Positions 19,173 through 28,276 are shown, counted from the first letter of the stretch. The stretch: DNA of 64,000 bases from Promethearchaeota archaeon (GCA_048938105.1 JBHLMN010000006.1:160001-224000), one strand, 5' to 3'. The notes: generated by a model not told the origin, from the letters alone. Translations and numbers: made by a program.

Positions 19173-20830
19173 GTCTCGTGCCTCGCGGTGGTGGTGGTTT
19201 CCGAGGCGGGGGTTTTGGTGGTGGCGGTTTTCGTGGTGGGGGATTCAGAGGAGGTTCACGTGGTTTTCGAGTAGGAAGTGTTCGCTCATCTGGTCGTCCT
19301 TTTGGCCGCACAGGTGCCCGGCGAACTGTATCACGAGCTCCAATGGGGAGAAGTTATCATAGACCTCATCATCGACGTTATTGGGGTGGTTATTGGCGAC
19401 CTTGGTGGAGAAGGCCATGGCATTGGTATTGGTGGTGGGGGCGTCCTTGGAGGCCTTGGTATTATGGTCCAGTTTACTGGGGTGGTGGATTAATTCTTGC
19501 AATAGTTGCATTATTAATTTTTCTTCCACTTATTGGAGTAGCTTTCTGGTTCCCCTTTACTAATGCTTCTTCAAGTGGTATTGTAACCTATTCTGATACT
19601 CAGACATTATACTACAATGAATATTGGTATGAGAAAGAGTATTTATCTCAAGGTCAGACTATTGAATACCGTATCGAATCTAAAAGCGAAGTAACCTTCA
19701 TAATTTGGAACCAACCATTTGAGAATTTTAACACAAAGACTTTATTGGGTAATTACAGCGAAAAAGGTATGGTTGTTCAAGGTAATCATGATTATCAATA
19801 TATTGGTTACTTTCTGAAACCTGGTTCTCGACTAGATTATCAATTTAATGTCACCATAGGAGGACCCATTGAATTCTTCGTCACAGATGCTAACGATTTG
19901 AATCGTTGGAATAACTGGGAAACTATCACCCCTAAAGATTCCTATTTAGGATCTCTTGAATATAGTGGTGGAGTTGACATCATTGATGCTCAGGATTATT
20001 ACCTTGTGTGGTATAATAGTGGATCAAATCCTGTTACAATTGACTACACTGTTGAATATTCTGCAGTGGGTGCATTCGACTTCAGTGAAGCACCTGTAGT
20101 TGAAAGTGATGTGGTTGAACCTGTATCCGGTTCACTATCAGTTCCTTCCAGTAGCGATTGGTACTTCTTTGTATACTTTGATCCTTTTGTTAATCCAGCA
20201 GAATCAGTTGATATTACCTTTGATGTCTCCTATCATACCGAAGTGACTTATGATCAGAAATGGAAAGATTTTACACCAGTTCTACTTCTAATTGGTTTTA
20301 TAATTGTTGTTTTACTGGTTATTGCTATTATTCAACGAAAAACAGCTAAAAAAACTCCCCCGACTGAGACTGTAGCTGCAGCGACCACAACTCCTACAAC
20401 GACCGAAACCGTTCCAGTATCAACAGCGAAGAAATGTCATCGCTGTAATTCACCTTCTAAACCTGGTGATGTCTTTTGTGTAAATTGTGGTGCAAAATTA
20501 ACAGGAAGAGATTACGGTGTTTCAACAATAACCACACCAGCTTCCGCTAAAAACTGTCAAAGCTGTGGTCAGCCCATTATTCCAGGAAGTCGCTTCTGTA
20601 AATACTGCGGTGCTAAGATAGAACAGGAACCCAAGCCACATAAATATTTCCCTGATGAAAGAGAGGCCTTTTTCTGCCAATTAGATAACGAAAAGCACCC
20701 CTCAACTGATTCAGCTTACGAATGCGATCAATGTGCGCGAAAGGTCTGTGGTGACTGTTATGATAATATTACTAAAACAGGCGTAACTCGTTGTCCCTAT
20801 TGTAAAGGAGAGTTGTATAAGATCCAGTGA
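19169..20830 (+). CDS. Two-pass membrane protein: RGG/FG-rich N-terminus, extracellular beta domain, double zinc ribbon, C-terminal RING-like finger
   Basis: RGGGF repeats; two TM helices; CHRC..CVNC and CQSC..CKYC ribbons; C-x2-D-x12-C-x2-C-x4-C-x2-C-x11-C-x2-C; ATGA overlap with upstream gene. Confidence 0.8.
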   Translation: MSLVPRGGGGFRGGGFGGGGFRGGGFRGGSRGFRVGSVRSSGRPFGRTGARRTVSRAPMGRSYHRPHHRRYWGGYWRPWWRRPWHWYWWWGRPWRPWYYGPVYWGGGLILAIVALLIFLPLIGVAFWFPFTNASSSGIVTYSDTQTLYYNEYWYEKEYLSQGQTIEYRIESKSEVTFIIWNQPFENFNTKTLLGNYSEKGMVVQGNHDYQYIGYFLKPGSRLDYQFNVTIGGPIEFFVTDANDLNRWNNWETITPKDSYLGSLEYSGGVDIIDAQDYYLVWYNSGSNPVTIDYTVEYSAVGAFDFSEAPVVESDVVEPVSGSLSVPSSSDWYFFVYFDPFVNPAESVDITFDVSYHTEVTYDQKWKDFTPVLLLIGFIIVVLLVIAIIQRKTAKKTPPTETVAAATTTPTTTETVPVSTAKKCHRCNSPSKPGDVFCVNCGAKLTGRDYGVSTITTPASAKNCQSCGQPIIPGSRFCKYCGAKIEQEPKPHKYFPDEREAFFCQLDNEKHPSTDSAYECDQCARKVCGDCYDNITKTGVTRCPYCKGELYKIQ

Positions 20831-20880
20831 TTTACTACAATCCCCCCTTTACATTTACTTTCCCCATTCTTCAATATTTT

Positions 20881-21852
20881 TTATCTCATTTCAGGAATAA
20901 GATGTGGTGGGTGTTCTCCTCGATGCATCGCAAGAACATTAATTGCTACCATTTCGGCCATTGCATTACGGGCCTGAGTTGTTGCAGATCCAATATGCGG
21001 AGTCAGTACAACATTCTGTAACTCTCTTAGTTCTGCTGGAATAGACGGTTCATTATAAAATACATCTAATCCCGCTCCTGCAATAACCTTGTTTTTCAAT
21101 GCGATTATCAGATCTTTTTCATTGACTACCCTACCTCGAGATGTGTTGATAAGATAAGCAGAGGATTTCATTAAAGATAGTTCATCTTTAGATATCAAGT
21201 GATGGGTTTTTGGTGTGTACGGAACATTTAGACTTACTATATCAGCCTCCTTAAGCACTTCTTCAAAAGTATTTTTGAAAATTAAACCGTATTGATCCTC
21301 AATATCATGTTTACGAGTTCTCGAATGATAAAGAACCTTCATATCAAAACCAACTGCTCGTTTTATTACAGCGATCCCGATACGACCTAAACCTATTATC
21401 CCGAGAGTTTTTCCAGTAATCTCAAACCCAAGCAGATATTCTGGTAACCAACCTGGGAAATCATTATTACGGCAAATCCTATCTCCTTCAACAATTCTAC
21501 GGGTTATTGCGAGAATTAATCCCCAAATTAGATCAGCAGTTGCATTTGTTAATACACCAGGAGTGTTGGTAACGAGAATATTTCTTCTTTTAGCTGCATC
21601 GATATCAATATTGTTGTATCCTACAGCATAATTCGCAATTCCTTTAAGAGAAGGTGCTAGATCCATCAAGCTTTCTGTTATCTCAACAGATAAGAGAGGG
21701 ATCAGAAAGTCAACTGTTGGCAGTACTTTTTGAAGCTGAGTGGGTATTGGAAGCTGTTCATCCAAAATCTCCACTTCCATTATTTCGCTAAGGATCTTCA
21801 GACCTATTTCAGGGATTCTATGAGTACAAAGTACTTTTGAACGTGAAACCAT
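20881..21852 (-). CDS. gyaR: Glyoxylate reductase / D-glycerate dehydrogenase (D-2-hydroxyacid dehydrogenase family)
   Basis: NYAVGYNNID, VTNTPGVLT, GLGRIG, INTSRG, GLDV..EP, TPHIGSAT. Confidence 0.85.
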   Translation of the reverse strand: MVSRSKVLCTHRIPEIGLKILSEIMEVEILDEQLPIPTQLQKVLPTVDFLIPLLSVEITESLMDLAPSLKGIANYAVGYNNIDIDAAKRRNILVTNTPGVLTNATADLIWGLILAITRRIVEGDRICRNNDFPGWLPEYLLGFEITGKTLGIIGLGRIGIAVIKRAVGFDMKVLYHSRTRKHDIEDQYGLIFKNTFEEVLKEADIVSLNVPYTPKTHHLISKDELSLMKSSAYLINTSRGRVVNEKDLIIALKNKVIAGAGLDVFYNEPSIPAELRELQNVVLTPHIGSATTQARNAMAEMVAINVLAMHRGEHPPHLIPEMR

Positions 21853-22064
21853 TCAAACCACTAATTTTCTTCCTTTTACTTAGCTTTAGAGCTTTTTATT
21901 AATTATTTCTAGGAATTATGTAGTTTAATATTCAGAATTTATGTTTTAGTCATTAAAATTTAGTTTTCAAAACAAAATTATTTACTACCACTTTCCATAA
22001 TCGGTAGATAAGTTTTTGTAGATCTTGATGGAGTCATCTTGGACAGTGGATGGTTTGTAAGTAA

Positions 22065-22877
22065 TTGCATAAAGTTGTTCTATTCATCCTGATTTTGACC
22101 TTTGTTATGATTTCAAGAGGAAGTGGAAAGAATGAATTCCCTATAAACGCTTGCCCTTTTTCTCTAGGGGACAGAGCAGAGTATGAGATTTGGGGAGAAT
22201 GGCAAGGAAAGGATCGTGCATTAAACCATGGAAATAATACTGGGCTACAGAAATTTATCACGTTAAATAGGACTCAATCACATATTTTGATTTATGAGAC
22301 CAAATCAGAAAAAATCAGGGGAATATTTGAAGGAATGCTTAAGACATGGTTGGTTGAGGCTAGTTCTTACTGGATCTATGATGTTACATCACGAAATCTA
22401 GAAGGAACTGATTCCTACGCCTGGTTGTGGATCCGCGCCACCGATATTGGAAAAGAAAATCCTAGGATTGAAATTTTCGATTTGATTTTTCAAATAACTG
22501 GTACAAAGGAGTTCTTTTATTTTGGACAAATGAGAAGCGCTTGGGTTGCTACTTATAATAAATTCCTGGACGATCCGATAAATGCTCTTCATGTAATTAG
22601 TTACGAATTTTGGTTTGACATTAAAACTGGATTGATGTTATATTATGTTGTTAGACTTAATGCTTTTGATTTGCAAGGCAGATTGGTCGAATGGTCTTAT
22701 TACTCAACTAGATTGAACTTTACAACAGTTAATCTCAATTCAAGCTATTTATTTAATGAGAAAAATGGAATCTCAGAAAATACACCAACAATACTCTTGT
22801 ATCCAGTTTCAATCATTACCTGTTCACTGATTTTGATATTCATTCGCTTGATACGAAAAGGGAAGGATAGTATGTAA
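22065..22877 (+). CDS. Hypothetical secreted protein with C-terminal membrane anchor
   Basis: Signal-like N-terminus, beta-rich body (WFDIKTGLMLY), C-terminal TM with basic tail, several N-x-S/T sequons. Confidence 0.6.
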   Translation: MHKVVLFILILTFVMISRGSGKNEFPINACPFSLGDRAEYEIWGEWQGKDRALNHGNNTGLQKFITLNRTQSHILIYETKSEKIRGIFEGMLKTWLVEASSYWIYDVTSRNLEGTDSYAWLWIRATDIGKENPRIEIFDLIFQITGTKEFFYFGQMRSAWVATYNKFLDDPINALHVISYEFWFDIKTGLMLYYVVRLNAFDLQGRLVEWSYYSTRLNFTTVNLNSSYLFNEKNGISENTPTILLYPVSIITCSLILIFIRLIRKGKDSM

Positions 22878-22921
22878 ATGATGGAGCTAGATCCATGAAT
22901 CTTTTCGCATTATAACGTATT

Positions 22922-24037
22922 TTATTCAAGATAAACTGCTATTTCTTCTAGGTCAGTGAAACTTGGGATCCTCATATTTTGCATTCTACAGTATTCTTGC
23001 AGTCGTAAATCAAGTTCATTAGTTTTTTTTAATATCTCTTGGAAATTATTTCGGTTTATATCCTCCATAAGATCAGGTAATCTTAATTGATTGTAGTATG
23101 CCTTAATTTCCTCAAAAAAATTGAAGCTATCAACATTTACGATAAGCTTTCCCTCATATTGAGCGAGTTCTTCTGCAATCCATATTTGGAGTTCTGTTGC
23201 AGCATAACAGACAGCAAGGATATCCCTCTTATGACAAGCAGATAAGATTTTATTGATATATGCCTTCATGCTAATATAATTGTTACAAAATGCCTTTTTT
23301 TTATTAGCTTTGATTATCAACTCTTGTTGTTTTTTTAATACTAGTTGTCTTAGGTTATGTAACAATTCTCGCCCTAAGGTTATCATTTCATCAAAATTCT
23401 TAGTTGTACTAAGATTTGTTACCAATTTTGAATAATTAGCAGGCAGGATTGGAAAATGAAAGACCTCATGTAAATTTGATCCCCAATTTTTTGTTAAAAA
23501 GGAATTGTTAATTAGGGAGAGGTTTTTGACCGATTTATTAATTAGTTGCCAAATAGCCCACCGAGCAGAGAGAAGATCATTGTTCTTCTTAGCCAGTATA
23601 ATTTCTTCAAGGTGAGAATATCCAGAATTGAAATTCTTTACTATTTGCTTAAAATTTTCTTCTTCATTACGTTTAGTTTTCTCAACCAATGAATTAAAAC
23701 GGGTTTCATCAGAAGAAGACCGCGTATAAAGCACTTTGCTGTTATTGAATAGGGCTGCTGACACGGCCCAAGGACTACTGTTTTGCATTCCTGAAGCTAT
23801 TAATTCAGCTTGTTTCCAATCCATTTTCCAGAAATCAACCGTATGACCTTGAAACATGAACTCCCAGGGTAAATTAGACTCTTTTTGACTATCAACGATT
23901 GCGAACATATCTAGATCAGAAAACTCATTATCGATTGCTTGAGCAGTAGATCCATAAAGAACAACTATAGCTATCTCATTAGGAAAAAGTTTTACAGCTT
24001 GATCTTTAAGAAATCCTGCTAATTCTATTAATTTCAT
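22922..24037 (-). CDS. Pol-beta-type nucleotidyltransferase, kanamycin nucleotidyltransferase-like architecture
   Basis: LYGSTAQ..SDLD motif with later VDFW aspartate, followed by helical domains. Confidence 0.7.
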   Translation of the reverse strand: MKLIELAGFLKDQAVKLFPNEIAIVVLYGSTAQAIDNEFSDLDMFAIVDSQKESNLPWEFMFQGHTVDFWKMDWKQAELIASGMQNSSPWAVSAALFNNSKVLYTRSSSDETRFNSLVEKTKRNEEENFKQIVKNFNSGYSHLEEIILAKKNNDLLSARWAIWQLINKSVKNLSLINNSFLTKNWGSNLHEVFHFPILPANYSKLVTNLSTTKNFDEMITLGRELLHNLRQLVLKKQQELIIKANKKKAFCNNYISMKAYINKILSACHKRDILAVCYAATELQIWIAEELAQYEGKLIVNVDSFNFFEEIKAYYNQLRLPDLMEDINRNNFQEILKKTNELDLRLQEYCRMQNMRIPSFTDLEEIAVYLE

Positions 24038-24052
24038 ATGACTCCCAAGTGT

Positions 24053-25615
24053 TCATTTCTCCTTTGAAGAAAAGACTTTTGTTCCTCCAACAATAGTATG
24101 TTCTATCAAATTATCATTTAACTGTGATGGGTCTATTTCTAGAGGAGATTTTGACAGAATCATGAAATCTGCATATTTCCCTTCCGTTATACTGCCCAAT
24201 TTAGAACCCATGAATAGTGCTTGGGCGTTATTAATTGTATATGCTTGAATTGCCTTATCAATAGATATTTTTACTTCAGGTGAGGGAAAACTAATTGCCT
24301 GTTTTATGCCATATAAAGGAGAAAGAGGCATATTATCCGAACCAAAATAGACCTTCATTCCGTTTTGAAGGATTACAGCAAATCGATTTAATTTCATAAA
24401 ACGTTCTTTTCCCAGGCGTTGTTCATAAAGTTCGCCTGGATATTCCCATTTAAGAAAATTAGGTTGCATAGAGAGAAGAATTCCTAATTTTTTAGCTTTC
24501 TGTATCTGATTATCATTAACCATTTCAGCGGGTTCTATGCGATGTTGACGAAACGAGGTATTCTTTCCAGCTTCCTTAATTCCTTTCTCATAACAAATAA
24601 GGAGTTTATCTATAGCTAGATCACCAATCGCATGAATACACAAAGTAAAATCATTTTTTTCAGCTAAAATTACTTGGGAAATAAGTTCATCTTCATTCAA
24701 AAACTGGTCTCCGTTCCCTTCTGCATCTTGATATGGAAGATTGATCAAAGCAGTGTACGCGCCGAGTGCTCCATCAAAAAATCCCTTAAAACCTGAAAAT
24801 CGTACTTTAGAGGAACCCCAATTTTGAGTAAGTCCAAGTTGTGCAAATTCAGTTATCAATTCACGAGATGGGTTTAAAAAAATACGGATTGGTAATTTTC
24901 CTTCCAAATCAAGATTAAAATATGCCTGCATAATGTTTTTTTGGCCGTCGGGTATAATTGTGAGATTATCTACCACACTAGTTATACCCTTGGAAGCAGC
25001 GATAAAAGCTGATTTTTCTATGCTCTCTGGAATAAGGTGTTTATAGTATCGTGAAAGATCTAACCAGACATCTTTCAAAATTCCAGTTGGTCTTCCTGAG
25101 GAATCTTTTACGACACCAGGATGAGATTCGGATATTGGTAATTTCTCTAATGCAAGTGAATTTACGACCACTAAATGTCCATCTTCTCGATGCGTGTATA
25201 AAGGATTTTCGGGACTAATTGCATCTAGATCTTCTTGTTTCAGAAACTCTTTTCGATCTTGCCATTTTGATTCGTCCCAATTCGAAGCAAATACCCATTC
25301 TCCTGGTTCTCTTGTTTTAACTTCAGTTTCTAATTTTTTTATTACATCCTCATAAGTTTTGAAAGAACCTAGATCAATGGAAATGACTTTTGCTTCTTTC
25401 CATAAGTGTGTGTGAAGGTCAATGAAACCGGGGATGATAGCTTTTCCTCCCGCATCCCAAGAAGAAATAGCTTTTTCCAAGATTTGTGATTTAAATTCTC
25501 CAATATAAGTAAATTCATTGCCTTTAATTCCTAATGTTTCAGCTAATTCTTTATCTGAGTCCATCGTGATAATGTTAGCATTATAAATTACCCAATCATA
25601 ATATTTAGCAGACAT
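24053..25615 (-). CDS. Amidohydrolase_3 (YtcJ-like)
   Basis: PGFIDLHTH, DGHLVVVNS, GRPTG, KGFFDGALG, HAIGD, FGSD, GKYADF. Confidence 0.88.
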   Translation of the reverse strand: MSAKYYDWVIYNANIITMDSDKELAETLGIKGNEFTYIGEFKSQILEKAISSWDAGGKAIIPGFIDLHTHLWKEAKVISIDLGSFKTYEDVIKKLETEVKTREPGEWVFASNWDESKWQDRKEFLKQEDLDAISPENPLYTHREDGHLVVVNSLALEKLPISESHPGVVKDSSGRPTGILKDVWLDLSRYYKHLIPESIEKSAFIAASKGITSVVDNLTIIPDGQKNIMQAYFNLDLEGKLPIRIFLNPSRELITEFAQLGLTQNWGSSKVRFSGFKGFFDGALGAYTALINLPYQDAEGNGDQFLNEDELISQVILAEKNDFTLCIHAIGDLAIDKLLICYEKGIKEAGKNTSFRQHRIEPAEMVNDNQIQKAKKLGILLSMQPNFLKWEYPGELYEQRLGKERFMKLNRFAVILQNGMKVYFGSDNMPLSPLYGIKQAISFPSPEVKISIDKAIQAYTINNAQALFMGSKLGSITEGKYADFMILSKSPLEIDPSQLNDNLIEHTIVGGTKVFSSKEK

Positions 25616-25751
25616 TCGACCTCAATTTCCTTTTTATAGACATGAAGAGTCATATTAAATGTGGTTTTCTTTTTAACAAAGCTCAGATAAATGGACTTTG
25701 AAAAGACAAATATAGGACATAAATCCCTGCTTTAGATTATATTCAAGCGGT

Positions 25752-26810
25752 GTGTACTCATTCATGGCAAAACAAACAATAAATGACCAAATTGTCGAAC
25801 TCGACATGGGACAAGGTGGGAAAAAAATGGATATCTTATTAGACTTCATTACAGCTCGAATTGAAATCAAAAGAACCCCAAAAGGTGTAGGCGTTGAGGC
25901 TTTTGATGATGGCGCAATTATCCCTTTTGATGTCACTTCCACTGACTTAGTTATTACTACTGATTCTTATACAGTTTCTCCTCTTTTCTTTCGTGGTGGG
26001 AACATTGGAACATTAGCTGCAGCAGGCACAATTAATGATTTATTAATGATGGGAGCAAAACCTCTCGCAATTACACTGGCATTAATTATCAAAGAGGGAT
26101 TCAAGTTCTCTAGTTTAGGAAAAATTGTTGATACAATTTCGGAAATTACTTCTCGATATAATATTGGTATTGTTGCAGGCGATACTAAAGTTCTTCCTCA
26201 AGCTACAATGGTTGAAGCGGGAATTTTCATTAATACCACAGGGATTGGAATGATTCAAGCGGGAAAACGAATCATGGATAGATCTGTTCATCCTGGTGAC
26301 AAAATTATTGCTTCTGGTACTTTAGGGGATCATGGTTTTGCGATGTTAGTTAGCCGAGAAGGGATTGAACTTGAAACCAATCTCAGCTCTGATGTTGCAC
26401 CTCTAAACAATTTAATCGCACCTATTCTTGAATATCGTATTCATGCCATGAAAGATCCAACACGAGGAGGTTTAACGTCAGTACTAGTAGAATGGGCTGA
26501 AAAATCCTCTGTTTCTATTTGGATTGACGAAAATCAAATACCTATATCTGAAGAAGTCCAAATAGTATCAGAAATTTTTGGTATAGATCCTTTGAATGTC
26601 TCCTGTGAAGGAAAAGCCATCATCGCAGTCCATCCTGATGATGCTAAAACAGTTCTTCAAATTTTGAAATCTTCCTCCCTTGGTCAAAATGCTGCGATAA
26701 TCGGTGAGGCAAAAAAAGAAAGAAAAGGACAAGTATTCATGAAAACAGCTATTGGAGGACATAGAATTCTTGACAAACCAGTAGGGGAACCCATTCCCCG
26801 AGTATGCTGA
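25752..26810 (+). CDS. hypE: Hydrogenase maturation carbamoyl dehydratase HypE
   Basis: DDGA, TTDSYTVSPLFFRGG, GDTKV, MKDPTRGGL, C-terminal PRVC. Confidence 0.93.
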   Translation: MYSFMAKQTINDQIVELDMGQGGKKMDILLDFITARIEIKRTPKGVGVEAFDDGAIIPFDVTSTDLVITTDSYTVSPLFFRGGNIGTLAAAGTINDLLMMGAKPLAITLALIIKEGFKFSSLGKIVDTISEITSRYNIGIVAGDTKVLPQATMVEAGIFINTTGIGMIQAGKRIMDRSVHPGDKIIASGTLGDHGFAMLVSREGIELETNLSSDVAPLNNLIAPILEYRIHAMKDPTRGGLTSVLVEWAEKSSVSIWIDENQIPISEEVQIVSEIFGIDPLNVSCEGKAIIAVHPDDAKTVLQILKSSSLGQNAAIIGEAKKERKGQVFMKTAIGGHRILDKPVGEPIPRVC

Positions 26811-26820
26811 TTAACTCAAT

Positions 26821-27078
26821 TTATGTGCCAGAGGTAGATGTTTCTTCTTTTTCTTCTAATTTCCAAATCTCTTCCCACATTGCAAGCGTTTCCATGGCTT
26901 CTTCTGGCTCCATTTTAGAAACAGCATATCCCGTATGAATTAAAATCCAGTCACCAACTTCGATCTTTTCAGGCATCAGTGCGATGCTTACTTCACGACA
27001 AACTCCTTTTCCAAAATCAGCTATAACAAGATTATCGTCAATATACTTCTTGACTTGAGCAGGAATTGCTAGACACAT
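26821..27078 (-). CDS. hypC: Hydrogenase assembly chaperone HypC/HupF
   Basis: MCLAIP N-terminus; GDWILIHTGYA. Confidence 0.95.
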   Translation of the reverse strand: MCLAIPAQVKKYIDDNLVIADFGKGVCREVSIALMPEKIEVGDWILIHTGYAVSKMEPEEAMETLAMWEEIWKLEEKEETSTSGT

Positions 27079-27171
27079 CTTAAGCTAATACATCCATTTA
27101 TCTAATCAGGTGAATAATCTCCTTTTTATGATTTAAATTTTGTTGTTTGATATTCTTACGTCAAAATCAAG

Positions 27172-27951
27172 TTACTCTTGAGGTGAATCAAGAACATTGA
27201 GAATTGTAGGAACATCAATCTGCTCAAAATCTATCCTTAACGATCGTAGCAATGCACCAAGTAAAATTCCTGCATACATCGGTAAATTGAGAAATGTTAT
27301 CCAATCTATTAACACCCATGTTGTAACATCTAAAGATAAATTATCTACTCCTTTCAGCACTAACCACGAAAAACAAGTGATGAAAGTAAATCCTATACAA
27401 CATGTTCCTAAGAAAAATATTAGTTGGGTTAATTCCAGAAGTTTTAACTCTTCTCCTTCGAACTGATCAAGTACGAGATTAATTCGTACAATCGCTTGAA
27501 TGAAGATGTATAGGAGGGAAGTAATCGCTGTAAAGTATACAAATAGCTCTATGTTTAAAGTAATAGTTAATAGGTAGATATTTGGTTTAATGGCAACTAG
27601 TGCGGCTGATCCTATGGCAGCACCGAAAATAGGTAATAAATATCTTTCAATTTCTCGTGAACGATTGAGAAATGCTGATAAATATGAATTTCCAACCTCA
27701 AGAAAAAGTAACCAAACGAAAAAATTAGTAATCAGAAATAGTTGGAGCTGAGCTGATGGGGGGAAAAAAACAGCTATGAAGAGAAGAAAAAATATCAATG
27801 TGCTAAAAAAGAACGTTATCGCGATATGAAGCATAGTTTTTTCCTCTTTCTGCCTATAATTTCTAAAGAATACTAGAAAATTAAGAAAAGACAGACTAGT
27901 TGTAAGAAACAAAGGTAAGGCTAATATTAGGATTTCTAACCAGCCAACCAT
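27172..27951 (-). CDS. Uncharacterised 7-TM membrane protein
   Basis: About seven hydrophobic segments in 259 aa; 1-nt TAATG overlap with upstream gene. Confidence 0.7.
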   Translation of the reverse strand: MVGWLEILILALPLFLTTSLSFLNFLVFFRNYRQKEEKTMLHIAITFFFSTLIFFLLFIAVFFPPSAQLQLFLITNFFVWLLFLEVGNSYLSAFLNRSREIERYLLPIFGAAIGSAALVAIKPNIYLLTITLNIELFVYFTAITSLLYIFIQAIVRINLVLDQFEGEELKLLELTQLIFFLGTCCIGFTFITCFSWLVLKGVDNLSLDVTTWVLIDWITFLNLPMYAGILLGALLRSLRIDFEQIDVPTILNVLDSPQE

Positions 27952-28157
27952 TAATAATACCCCTCTGATTTTTCTTCATTGAGACCTAACTCATGATATA
28001 TCCTAGCAGCGTACTCTTTCGCCCATAATTCTGTTCTTTCCTCAAGAACTTTTGCAGCTAAGACACTAACTTTTAAATTCAAAATTTTTGCATTTTTTTC
28101 CAGAATTTCTCTAGTTTTACTATTGATTCGTATGGATAATACCGTTGTTCGAGGCAT
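27951..28157 (-). CDS. Small ribbon-helix-helix (CopG-like) DNA-binding protein
   Basis: MPRTTVLSIRINSKTREILEKNAKILNLKVSVLAAKVLEE fits the RHH strand-helix-helix pattern; ATG at 28157 preferred over 28172. Confidence 0.6.
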   Translation of the reverse strand: MPRTTVLSIRINSKTREILEKNAKILNLKVSVLAAKVLEERTELWAKEYAARIYHELGLNEEKSEGYY

Positions 28158-28276
28158 AAGGAAATCTCTCACTTATAACAAAAGTAAACGTTGTACACGA
28201 GGAGTTATCAAGTCATCTAATAAATTTCTGTATTAATTGTATTCCTATAATGATCTCAATAGAAGGCATCTAACGT

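Noticed and set aside
19120-19563. Pro-rich antisense and alternative-frame ORFs over the RGG region
   Set aside because: By-products of the G-rich coding strand
22922-24037. MNT-HEPN toxin-antitoxin or CBASS cyclase
   Set aside because: No separate HEPN RNase gene and no effector genes nearby; architecture fits a KNTase-like enzyme
27172-27951. Rhodopsin (helio- or schizorhodopsin)
   Set aside because: No retinal-binding Lys in helix 7 and no RY/RW motif in helix 3
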